Source of the DNA: Eledone cirrhosa | Lineage: Eukaryota | DNA length: 64,000 bases | NCBI GenBank assembly: GCA_964016885.1 | Contig: OZ024746.1 | Span: forward strand, 11,904,001 to 11,968,000 | Reading direction: 5' to 3' | Shown: one piece after another, positions 11,673 through 25,646 of the stretch | How the letters are laid out: each line of letters opens with the position of its first letter | Position numbering within the stretch: the first letter of the stretch is position 1 | Made by a program: the position numbers and the translations under genes | The notes under the pieces: generated by a model | The model's database searches: none | What the model saw: only the letters and a program-made list of their open reading frames with translations | What the model was told of the DNA's origin: nothing

Positions 11673-14600
11673 CTGTGAAAATAAAGAAATTACAAAATAA
11701 ATTATTTTATTGAACCCAGTATTGTGAGCCCATGAAAAGATGCTATTGCTTATAAGAGAGAACTACTATCTATTTACAACTAGGTGGATTGGGCCTTTTT
11801 GAAGTTCCTTGCCAAGGCTACAGAATAATAGTCGGTAGATTTTTCCATGGGTCTTGACAATAAGCTTTCAGTTGTTTGGCAAAATGAATTTCTACTGAAA
11901 TTAATATTTAACCGTTTTGGTACCAACCTGCCCCAAATCACTTTTGGTTCTATGAAAGAAAACAAACTAATTTTGAAAAATCTTCATTAAATAATTGAAA
12001 TAGGATATAGGATCAAGCAGTTGAATATTCCACACTATTTTAAATTTAATTCTGAGGTTGAAGCTCGGGTACAATCCAGAGAGAGAAGGGTTGACCTTGG
12101 TATTGGACTAGTACTTTGCCTGTCATCCTTTTGAAGTTGATCACAGAGCTGGAACAAATACTTCAAGGTATTTTATCAGATTCCTGAATGATTCTGCCAG
12201 TTTTTGCTGCTTTACAGAATAACATGCTGTTAGTAACAAGACAAAAACCATAAACCTGTTAGATGTTAGTCTAAACACACCACATTCTTAATATTCAAAC
12301 TAAAGGATGTTGATGTATTTATGGAACTAATAAAAAAAACTCATACAAGGGAAAAATGTTTATCAAAGTAATATGTCAACAAGGCTAAGTATAATAAGAC
12401 TGAGCAAATAGCTATAAATTTGACTGAACATTATTGTTTTTACTTCAACTTTTTGATGTTAGCATGGGTTGGACAGGACTTTTGAAGGAAACGTTTTACA
12501 GGTGGATACCCTTCCTGAAACCAACCGTTTTAGTTGCTTCTTACAACACAGGGATATATAGTGTGTCACCTGGAATTGGAGATAAGACTAGTCAGTTGTA
12601 ACACTAACAACCAACAGGAGTATTGAATATATTCTCAGTAATTCATATACAGAAATTTAGACTTTTTAGTCACAAATACTTACTGTGGCTGCATCCACAT
12701 GTTTGACTTGGGTATCTCTTTACTGTGTCCAGTTGAATGCATATGTAGCATTAAAGAATCTTTAGTTTCAAACTGTTTATCACATCTGATGCACTTCAGC
12801 AAATGTACCTGCCAGGGAAAAAGTATGATTCTATGATATAAAACAGTTTTAAAGTGTATATTATTTAAAAACCTTCCAACATTAGTTAAGTTCGAAACAA
12901 CAGCTTAATGATAAAGTTTATATTACAAAATCCTTCAAATTCTTAATTATAGGCAGTATTGTTCATTAGAAATATAGTGATGAAAGGGTTAAATTGTATT
13001 TGTGTGTGGGTATATAATATATATTAGTAGTAACTAGCAGAGGTACCCGGCATTGCTCGGGTATTAAATAGTTGTGTATACCATTTATGTCAATACTTCA
13101 ATATTAGTCTAACGACTCTGTTTATACCATAAACTTGGTCTTGTCTTTGTCGCTCCACATAACGACGTATTATCCTCGCTTTTTTTCCCGTTCATTGCCA
13201 GGGAACGTCTTCACGAACCAAAATATCGTCTTCCTGTTTTCCTTCGGTTGGAACGTTTCTCGGAATATTTACTTCTGCGTTCAGATTACTCAGTTCAATT
13301 TGAATGGGAAATTCCTGTTTCATCGATTTTCTCCGTAACCATGGAAGCTTGTACCCTAAAAGTTGACCCAACGCCTCCTCGGGTCATTCTGCATAACTGT
13401 AAATTTTCGCTGCATTCCACCAAGCCGTTTCGACGTTTATCCGACTACACTTAAATATACATCGTCCGACCACTTCCAATTTATATAGTAGATAATAAAT
13501 ACAAAGACCAAAATCTAAAGAGGACTTGATAAGGGTTATATATATAAACCTGTAGAGTAAATATTTAGTATATTAGTGCAGATTAAAAGTTTAAGCAAAC
13601 AATTTCTGCTTTCAACCTAAAACGGTATCTTCTGAAACAGAAATATCAATCTGTAGATGCAGAAGTAAATATTACGACAAAATATTGCCTTTGGAAAATA
13701 GAAAGACATAACTGACTCATGAAGACGTTCTCTTGAGATATGGTGAAATATATGCAAGGAGAATTACGTCATTAAGTGAAGCAGGAAGAACAAATTCTTG
13801 CTATAAAAATATCAGGGGACTAATTTTCTTTTTAGAATAGCAAAATATTTTCCAGCTACCATATATGGAAAATGATATTAATAGAAGTAATATAATTGAA
13901 AAAAGATACTGAACGTATTAGTAATAATAAGAATCATAACAATAATGGTAATAATAATAGTAATTATTTTCGGAATAAGGACTAAAGGTGGACTAACTTT
14001 TATCATACATAAGTATGTGCTTACAGGTGCAGATGCATGTGTTAGCAAAAATATATATACACACATGCATAAATATATATAAAAAACTATAAATTTGATT
14101 ATTCTTAGCTACCGGGATCTAATAGAATATTTTATAATTTATTTTCACAAGCTGAAATTGCCTCAGATTTTTTTGTTTAAGATACGTTCATGCTTACTTG
14201 TCGTCGGATATAGTTGATTAATTTTACTTGTTGGTAAAAATCTAAATTGTGGTCCTTCTTTACTGCATTAAGATCTAAACCATGTGTATCCTATAAAAAA
14301 AACCAAAAACAAAGTCCTTTAAGATAGGAAATTTGTCCAATGAAATACTAATGAAACAGCATAAATATATTTTGTTTTAATATATGCACTGAGTGTGCTG
14401 TAAAATGGTAGTGCTGCAGTCTATGCTGTACTATGGTATTGCTAGTGTAAAAAAATACACCCAGCCCATGATGTAAAGTGGTTGGCATTAGGAAGGGCAT
14501 CCAATCATAGAATCCATGCCAAAATGAAATGACCTCCCTTCTGATGACCAAATGCTGAAACTGGGACATTACTGCACCAGCTCCTGCATCACTTGTGAAA

Positions 14601-17600
14601 ACAATCCCAAGATACTTGAACTTCTCCACCTGCTTCAGTACTTTGAGAGATCATGTGTCTCAGTCTTTGCAGCACTGATTTTCATTTCTGCCATGCAACA
14701 CTTGGCAGCAAACCTATCAAGTGCATGTCGGAGATCACTTTCCAATGAGTTAAGTAGTACCATGTCTGCAAAATCCAGCCAACTGATCCTACACCCTTCA
14801 GTCTTGATACCACTTTGAACCCAGCTGCACATCTCAAACTTGTTTATGAAGATTATGAATAAGAGAGGCGACAGTATGCACCATGAATATAACGCAATTG
14901 TAGTGTTGGAGGATTGAAAGCATTAGCTTTTTGGTCCATAATATGACATCTTATTGACATAACAAACCATAATATGACATTGTAGTGACATAACACATCA
15001 TAATATGACATCTTATTGACATAACACACCATAATATGACATTGACATGATACACTATAATATGACATTGACATACCATACCATAATATGACATTGACAT
15101 GACATACCATACCATAATATGACATTGACATAACACATCATATGACATCTTACTGACATAACAACAATATGACATGACATCATATCATATGACATAGTAA
15201 ACCAAAAAGTATCAATGTTAATAATGTTAAATATATAAGAGAGTTTACCTTCATATGTTTGAGCAATATATCTGCATCTGCTGAAGAGAAATCACAGAAG
15301 AGACAAATTGCAGTTGAACCAGTCTCATCATGCCAACCATCCCAGTTTCTAGTAGAGAAATAATAATAATCATCATCATTTTACGTCCACTTTTCCCTGC
15401 TTGCAAGGGTGGGACATCCAGTAATCCTGGCAGACAATATTATCTAAGTAGAATTCTGTGAAAGATGATCCCCAACAACAATGATGATTTCTAATAAAAG
15501 CACAAGGTCAGAAATATTTTGGGGAAAGATGAAAGGCAGTCAATTTTAGAGGAATTTGAAGTGTTGTAAATACTGTTAAGTATTTTGACTGATTTCTAAC
15601 ATAATAGAAATCATATGTGGTCTCCTGACAAATTCAACTCAGACCAGAAGGGAAAAGTAGATATAAAATGATAGTGGTAATCTGTCTGTCTGTCTATCGT
15701 CTCTTATTTATTTATTTCAGAATAGGAAATGCAGAAACATAAAATATCATGTTTTTTGAAAAATCTGGGAAAAATATGCATGATAAGAAGCCAGGGAAAC
15801 ATCAAACAATCTACTTAACCCTCTAGTTACTAGCCCAGCCCAAACCAGCTCAGGTTCTAGGAAATAAAACCACCCATTTTAAAGGTTTTCAATTTATATC
15901 AAAATCTTCCAACATAATTTTATATAAGAACCTTACATTAAGTTACTATCTTAGTAATGAAATAATTGATAATCTATAACAGTGTTAGATCATTCCACTT
16001 AGCTGTAAATAGATTGCATGTGGTAGGTACAGTTTACTGCTGTAAACAAGACGATGGACACTGAATAATTATAATTTTTCGTTGTTGGTGTTGTTGACCC
16101 TGACTAAGCAGATATATATTAAAGGCATTCGAGCTATGACCATCTGGTTTTTTTTTAAAGACTATAGATGTCATATTTGTAGATTTGTCAGAACATCAGA
16201 TATAATATTTAGTGGTATTCACTGGCTGGCTGTGCTCTGAGTTCAAACCCTAAAATAATTATATATATATTAAAATAATCATAAATTTACTTACTCTTCA
16301 CTGTCAAAATCTGTAGACAATTCTTCATTTGATTCAATGTTTTCCCAGTTCTTTCCAATTTCCTACAGATAGATATAACAAGGTTGTTTAAGTCAAGAGG
16401 AAACAATATATAAAAAATGAGAACATACTTTGAAGAGGATCTTAATATGAACCTTGATAACAACTACTTCATTGTTGGGCATCTAGAGAAAGACTATCCT
16501 ACTGCATGCTATAGTTAGCAGTTAATGAAATGTTTGACTGTTACGTAATACTACCTCTGCTTAAAGTAGTGAACTGTATCTTCCTTTGGCAGTTATTTAC
16601 AACCAGGTAAATACCATTTGAGAGTGAAGTTATTGATTTCTAATTTAGGCACAGAGCCAGAGAATCTGGGAAAGGGTAAAGTTTATTAACCCTTCAGTAT
16701 TTAAACTAGCCAGAATTCACTCACCTCTTTCTGTTAAAACCGGCCATAACTGACTGCTCATACCTACATTAAGGTATTGTTCTCAAAATAAATAATATCA
16801 AAATCTTATAGATTTGATACGATGCGATATAATTATGTGAGGTAAAATCTTTACTGTGAAAGAAAGGGGGACTGAGGTCACACTTACCAGGTAGTTGATA
16901 ATATAATATTTATCATAAACTGTGTTGTTTGATTTGATTCTTTTGTGTTGCTTTTTCCGCATGTGTTCCTTGAGAGTTGGACGATCACGGAAAGTCTTTT
17001 CACAATAGAGGCACTGCAGACTATTGGGTAAGAAGTTTATGACCATTAGTGTTCTGGTGAACATTGTTAGAATACACTAGTAGTTGATGTTAATAACAAG
17101 GATATTTTACATTAGAACAAAGCCACAGAATTGTAGTGTTGACATGCACTATATGAAAATATATATTGGTACTAGAGGACTACAATAATTGTAATGTCAG
17201 TATTGAAATGCCATAGTAATACTTAGGCAGTGCTATTGTAAGGAAGATAAAGTACCAACTTAGAAATATAAAAACACTGAAATGTCAGAGGACAAATACT
17301 AAATGTGGAAGCAAACTTTAGAATCAAGAGAACTCAAAGTAAATTAAACAAAGACAAATATATTAACAGACAGGAAGACAAACTGAGTAAGTACTCCAAT
17401 AGAATATACACATCCTCTTGGGCTGAAGAGCTCTCCATATCATTTATATAGGTTCCTGCACTCCATCAAGTGCTTAGACGGGCTAGGGGCCTTTCATCTC
17501 ATTTACATATGTTCCCATGTTCTACCAAGTGCATTTTATTATGGCACCAGTACTAGGGAGGTTGTCATGTCTTTACCTAACTGAAAAGTCCTCTCAACCC

Positions 17601-17799
17601 TCTGTTTCTCACTCTCTTTCTCTCTCTCTATATATGTGTGTGTGTATATATATATATATATACATCATGATGAATATAAATAAATATATATCAATCATGT
17701 GATTAGAAAACGGTGGTGGAATTTGAAAATTCAACTGAATTAGTAACTTCGGTGTATTTTCCGCAGGAAAAGAAAATGGCAAAATTACTAATTCAATGC

Positions 17800-17842
<43 letters not shown>

Positions 17843-19488
17843 TAACAGAGTTAATCCCCTATAATTTAGGGAGCTCTCTAAATCAACATATAGAGATATG
17901 TGTTCAATCAAAAACCATCAGAGTGACGAACATATTACTTACGGAAGGAATAGTGAATATAAATCAATAAAAATAATATATTAAAGTATATTGACCATTC
18001 AAATGTAACAATAACACCCGGACATGCTCAAATAAGAGTATGTTTCACTATAAGTGAAGGACCCATATTATATATATTACATATACAGAGCAAGTGCGTA
18101 TACAGAGCAGGTTGTTAGTAAATATATTTGAAATAGAAACATGCAGAGAAGACAGTTAAAAAACAGACATTACTTTCTCTTTCTCTCTCTTTCTCTATCC
18201 GATGAAGTTATTGTTACTTACTTGTCTAATTTTTGCTGCAATTTGTCTAAAAACTCTGAGACAAACACTGCAAAGGAAATCAATTGAACCAAATATTAAC
18301 TATAGTAAATATACATTGAAAGACATTTGGAGGATATAGAAAATATATAAATAATGTTAATATAAAATTATTTTTAGCATAGGCACAAACTACAAAGTTT
18401 TAGGGATGGAACAGCCAATTAAATTAACCCCAGTAATTAACGGTTAATCATTTTATTGAGCTTGGAGGGATGAAAGGCAAAGATGAAACCAGCAGGATTT
18501 GAAATCAAAAGAGTCATAACCCAATAACACAAGACATTTTGTCTGATGCTCTACTGATTTTCTCATCCATTGCCATTACTAAAGGGCATCCAGCTGTAAA
18601 ACAAATAAGAGAGAGAAATCTGCTTGAGAGTAACTGCGTTGTAATAAGCTGAAAAGAGCAATGGGTGACATAAGAAAGAGCCTCACCGAGGTTGTCTGGT
18701 TGACCAACATTGAAACCATGATCAAATGCCATATGGTTGAATAATTCAGACCTGAGGAGGATATGAGAAGAAAAAGTATTGAAAAATAATCAATATTACA
18801 AACTTTAAAAAACAATAATAGCAAAAAGACAAAAAAACATTACAAGATAAAGAGGAGGAGAAAAAGACTATTGAAATGTGTGTGTGGAGAGAGAGAGAGA
18901 GAGAGAGGAGAGAAGCTATTTACTGAAGTAATCACAGCAGTTATATACCCCTAAACAATATTACCCATTACATACAGTGCAGCGACTTTCCTCATCACAG
19001 TGCAGTAACATATCGAGCTTTTTGTCTATAATGGCTGAGATATTATCAAAAATAACATTAGTTAAGCTAATGTTTTCTTCTTTTCACCACATGGAGATTT
19101 TTAATTAATTAGATATTTTTTCCTTTGCTATATTAAGTATGATGACTTTAACTTGGCTTTTACATGTAGGTTGTTTCAGATGGTTATTGAAGGTATGTGG
19201 TCAGAAACAGAACCATCATTATTCTGAGACTCCTTAACCCTTTCATTACCAGATTTATAATAAAATGAACTGCCTATGTTTCATTTATAAAAAAAATAAT
19301 CGAAACATTGAAAGAATTTGATAAAATAACTAACTTTTTCATTAGTAATCTGATGTTTGAAACATTAATTAACAAAAATTGCTGAAACAAAATTAGGTTG
19401 AAGCTTTTAATATAAATATGAACATTTTAAAATGAACAGTTTTGTATCATAAATCCAGAACAGTTTCAGGCAGGGTTAAAATTATCTT

Positions 19489-19562
<74 letters not shown>

Positions 19563-19755
19563 TGAGAGTAGGCTGAAAAAATCATAGCCTGGCTAAGATA
19601 CTCTCATGGAATGACCAAATGAGGTTTATTTTTCAACATAGTCCCTGGAAAGAAACAATATAGTTATTAATAAGAAGGGTTGAAATTAATGCATGCAAGA
19701 TTACACAGCTCTAGCATCAGTCCTTCATAGTCAGCCTATGAACTTTTCAGCCCAC

Positions 19756-19802
<47 letters not shown>

Positions 19803-21577
19803 AAGAGTCATATTTTTTATTATCTAGGTGTATACAGACAGCTTTTCAATATTCTCCTAATGTACAGAATGTAGTTATCTTACCTATTCCCCAAGAAATG
19901 CTCCTTGCAGAAGAGACAATCTCTGGAGAAGATTTGATCTGATCTTTCTCTCTGTTGCACTTCTAAAGCAGTTTCCTAAAATAAACAAACAACCAAATAA
20001 ATAAATAGCTACAGATAAGACTCTTCAGCTGTGTCAAAGACAAGACACCTTCTCTAGTGTTGGTGCCATGATAAAATGACCTTGAAGTCAGAAAAGCTCT
20101 GTTTGAATACTGACTGTCGAACCCTTGCTAGCAGAGAAGATGGATGTATGATGATAGATATATTTCTTTATTAGCCACAGGGGCACAAAAGAAGGGGACA
20201 AATACAAAGGGGGAAGTTTACATACAATAAAAACGTGTAAAATGTTATAGAAAGAAAGGCAGAGTGAGAAATTAAATCTAACACCAGCTTTTGCAGTGGA
20301 AATACGTGAAGAGCCATTAAAACATTTGACTGAATAACTAAATTTAGATCAGTGACCTTAAAGTTGTAATCTCCATGGGGGGATAATGTTATTGTAATGT
20401 AAATGTAGAGGATAAACAGAGGCTGGAGAGAAATGAGGTGAGTTCTGTTTGATATGTAATGTTAATGTGTATGAACGACAGAGTATGGATGAACTGAGAG
20501 AAAAGCTGGCTATAAGAGGAATGAAATGTAGGGTTCTGGCTTGAACATGTGATGTAAATGGATGATGAATGGTCATAGGCACTGGCTACATCATGTAAGT
20601 CATTAAAAACAAAACAAACAATTTAAATACAAAGATAACAAACTTGCTATAATAATGCGGATGATCATCATCATCACCGTTTAACGTTCATTTTTTCCAC
20701 GGTAGCATGGGTTAGACAGGTTGTCCTGTTTGAGGCAAGTCAAGTCAGGTGACTGTGTCTTGCTCATACAGAACTGTTTCTGGCTTAGTTTCTACAGCTG
20801 GATGCCCTTCCTAACACCAACCACTTTACAATGTGGGCTGGGTGTTTTTTGTTGTGACACCTACACGACCACTTCACAGTGTGGGCTGGGAGGTTTTTGT
20901 CATGACACCTTACACGACCACTTTACAGTGTGGACTGGGCGCCTTTTAACCATGTTGCCATCATGACCACTTTACAATGTAGGCTGGAGGCTTCACTGAA
21001 CATATGCTACAGCCTGTCCTCATGAGAGATGTATGGGAGGGCTGATTATAATAATATTAACAACAACAATAATCTTGTAAGTTGATAAAGAATAAAAATG
21101 ATAACTTGAAGCCAAAGACTGAATAAGAAAATGTTAACCAGAACATTCTCCTTACATCTCAAGTAGTGTTGTACATCAGATAAATATTTAATGACATTAT
21201 ATTAAATATAACAGAACGGACACAAACCTTGATATTAAATGATGATGATGGTAATGTCTACTGGCGATGATGATGATGATGACAACAACTACAGTGGCAA
21301 TGAAAGTGTTAGTGATGATAATAATGGTTATGACAGTATTGACACAAGTGGTGATGATGATGATGACAGTTGTGATGATGATATTTCCAATATGAGATCA
21401 ATGCCACTGTTACCCACTCAGTGTTTGTCAACCACCTCTAAATGAACCTCCGCTACTATCACTTATAGCCTTTTCTATCAGTAAACTGAGACAGCCATAT
21501 ACACTGTATACAAGCATCCATCTGCTTGACATTTAATATTGTGTTGATGGCTGACTGGACAGATGGGTGAGTGAGAG

Positions 21578-21623
<46 letters not shown>

Positions 21624-24600
21624 GCAGACGTCCACTCTAGTTCAGCTGCAGTAACAAATGACCTTTCATTGTCTTCGGTGAAAAAGAAGTGTTGAGAGAT
21701 CTTAGAATATGTTGACTGTTAACAAAATAATATAGTAAACAACAACCTATAAAGATGATGAGATGATTGTTATGATGATGATGATGATGATGTATATTGT
21801 TATGATGATGATGATGATGATGATGTATGAGGCTGGTATTAAAAATATTGGTAATGGTGGAGCTTATCAAAGCTGTGTAATTTTGTTAATGATGATGGTT
21901 ATCATCACCATGGTTATGATAATAATTTTTATGGCGTAATAACATCATAGATTATAATGTTGAATATTACATCATCGAAATTACTATGATAACCACGGTG
22001 GTGATAACTATCATCAGTACTACCATTGTATATGAAGTGAAGTGGCCGAATCTGTTCTGGTCCACTAAACTCTGAGATAAAATCCTGCCGGAGTTAACTT
22101 TACCTTTTATCCTTTTGTGGTTTATAAGGAGCAGTGTATTGGAAGAATTATTAAAGAGTTGGAGAGGATGCTATAGTATATAATTCAGCTCCTTCTGCCA
22201 GTTGTGACTGGCAGGAAGTATTAACTCCTTTCCTTTTTGATGAAGTGACACAGGAGTAGTGACAATATATTATACAGTAGACCTGTCCAACCCATGCATA
22301 TATGGAGAAATGGCTGTTAAAACTATACTACTGTTATAGAAAACTCTCAATCTTTTCATCACAACCTTTGGTAGTGCTGCAGTTTAGTTTTATAAACACA
22401 AACATAAAAATATTTCAAGTGTAAGGAAGTTAAAAGGTGTTACTAAGAGTCAGTAACGAATGTCTACTCACAAGTCTTTTCTTTTGTAAATAGTGGCGCA
22501 AATATTTATCTTCTGGGAAGACATCAGAGAGTAAATAGTAATCTTCTCGTTTTCCTACAATAAAAGAGAGACATCAATAAGAGGAGGATAATGGATAAAG
22601 GAAAAGTGAGGTTTGTATAGAAGTGAGAGCTACCCTAGTTTGCTGTATCCTGCTTGTGAATTCAAATGTTACCAAGTTTAGCTTGGCCTTTCAGGGTTGC
22701 TATAACAATATCACTTCTTATCATTAACTCTTAACATCCTGCAATGATTTAGCAGAAAATATTTAAAAGTGGGTTTATTAATTCAAATGTTTGTAGTATC
22801 TTTACTAGTGGACAGATCATTGTGAAAATTTGTAGTAAACTAAAATAAACTCTTTAATTTTTAATGTGATACAGTCATAATGTTCTTTCATACTGTTCAA
22901 CAATGTTTTTCTAATGTGTTTTTATGTAGTACAGAACATTAATAGTTAAGTAGTTCTAATCCTGTTCAGGCCACAAGTTAACTCTTGTTATATGTCATCA
23001 AATTATTTTTATTATATTAAAAAGAAAATACAGTAAAAAACCACTTACTAATGTATTAACATTGGAAACCACTTATTACGATTATAGTTAATATTATCAA
23101 ATAGTTATTATTATCAAACAGTTAATGTTATCAAACAGTTAATGCTATCAAATGGTTAATGTTATCAAAATGAGTGATTCTCAAACATGTTTAGGCTATT
23201 GCTATATCACCTGCTGCTCAATGATATCAGCCAGTTACTCTTATCCAAATCAGATCACAATAAGTAGTTTCATCCAGTTGGAAGTGAGTCATATATTGAG
23301 AAGGATACACAGCTAAACTTTGGCTATTTGAAAGATCAAGAAAAAAGTTGTATCTAAATAGGAGGAATGTTTCAAGATGAAAGCAAGCCAGTCTGAATGA
23401 AGGTAAATACAGGAGAGGAATAAGACACTGTCCCATTAGATCACTCAGTTAAAGGAAAGACATTAACCCTTTCACTACTATATTTATAATGAAAGACACT
23501 GCCTGGGGTTTTAAAATCATTTTGAAAATTATCAAGAATTTAGAAGGATTTAGTAATATTTAGTAACTTTCACATGATTAAACGGGTATTTGGAACATAA
23601 CAAAAGTTCTTACATAAAATTATGATGGAATGCTTTTTTGTTGAATATAAAACTTTAAAATAAATAGTTTTGTACTATATAACCTGGGGTGGTTTCAGGT
23701 AGTTTGGTGTCAAAAGGGTTTAAAAAAACCCATTAATAGAACATTTACTTACCAATATCTGATTCCCTGCTATTTAGTACAATAGTAGAACAGAAGTCTG
23801 TGATAGGGTGGCCTCTCATACGTTTCTTCCAGTAAAGAATATATCTACAAAAGATGAATTATCTGAATTAATAATGACCATGTCAATAGAGTAGTTGACA
23901 ACCAGGTGCAAGGTTGATGGTTTGTATGTTACCACAGTACAGTGTGGAGTCAGTGACCTAGACACTTCACTCACAACAGGTCAACTCTACCTGGCATTAA
24001 GTTGGTATATATGCATGTATGGACCCTAAACTCCTGGTGGAGCCCATTCCCTCTCCAGGTCAAGAGAATAGAGAGAGGAAATAAGAAAGATATACAGAGG
24101 AAGAATCAACCCCAGCACTTTCTTTTATTGAACTCAAAAGGATGAAAGGCAAAGTTAACTTTGGTGGGATTTTAACTCAGAACGCAGGAAACCAGAAGAA
24201 ATACAGCAAAGCATTCTATATGACATTTTAACAACTCTGACAATTCACTGTCTAGTTTCTGATTATATTCTCTCATTAATTTATATTTTAACCCAACTCA
24301 AATTTCATAGCAAGTTTATGTATGTTTATACCTCACACCCATATATATATATATATACACACATATGTATATATACACAATATAGATTATTGATTATGAA
24401 GCATATGGATGATGATTGCTAAGTGAGGTGGTGAGAGCTGGTCTCAAATTACTGAATATCACAGAGATGACAAAGGAATGTGATGAGTAGAGGGATGCTG
24501 TGCTGAAACAGAGCTGTCTAACCTATGGAAGCATGCAAAAGTGGATGTAAAATGGTGATGTTGATGATGATGATATCAAATTAAGTTTACAGCATGTTTG

Positions 24601-25599
24601 TGGTTGAGTGAAGCTTAGGAGGAATTTCTACTCCGTGTCTTTTAGGCCCAGGTGGGAGATAAGGGATATACCTGGAAATATGGACATTTCTATAAACTCT
24701 TGTAGAGGAATTGTTTGGTGTTAGCATTAACAAAAAAATTGATTTGAACTGTTACAAATTGATGATTAAAAAAAATGCAGGAGTGAATTCCATGGGGCCA
24801 TATTCTGAGGAGGAAGGAATGGGTGTAGTGATTAGTGGAGAAGCTGGGACAGAAACAAGCACAAAATATAAGTGGCACGAAGAGGAGAGATGAGTGAGTA
24901 GTTGTTTGGTAATGGTTTAATCTGAGATTATGTGTTGAAACAGAGACAATTATATCATGGAAGAGCCATGGTAGTTTATAATTCATACACTGTTACATTC
25001 AGTTTTATTAGTGTTTATATATTTATAAAGTGTGAACATAATGGCATACATCTACGACCAGCTCATTGACATCATTATTCCACTACATGATGCACACACA
25101 TATATATATATTATGCATACACACACACATACCTATGCACCCTAACCCCAGCAAACAACATATAGTCTGGTGCTTGCTCTCATTTTTTACATGTTAAAAT
25201 ACACACAGTCCATCCTGTAAAGTGGTTGGCATTAGGAAGGGCATCCAGCTTTAGAAAACAAAGGCAATAAAAAGGAGTGCATGAATAAGATGTGGCCACC
25301 TGACATGTTTGGCCTCATAATGTAACAGCCCATCTAATCCGTGCACGAATGGAAAATAAACATTAATTGGTGATGATGATGATGATATATATATATATAT
25401 ATAGGAAAAAGTATGACCCCGACGGCAGAACTCAAGTTGTTTCGACGGCTATTTCTGGACTGAGTCCAGAAATAGCCGTCGAAACGGCTTGAGCCCTGCT
25501 GCCGGGGTCATACTTTTTCCTATTTCCCACTCTACTACCCTAAGTATTGAGTACTCTGGTGCGTTATGGTCCATCTGGTTCCTTACCACAATTCCTTTG

Positions 25600-25646
<47 letters not shown>

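Noticed and set aside
17660-18070. Possible Penelope-type remnant with CTGATGG..GAAC on the - strand
   Set aside because: Core nucleotides are mutated and no ORF remnant is recognisable; too weak to call.
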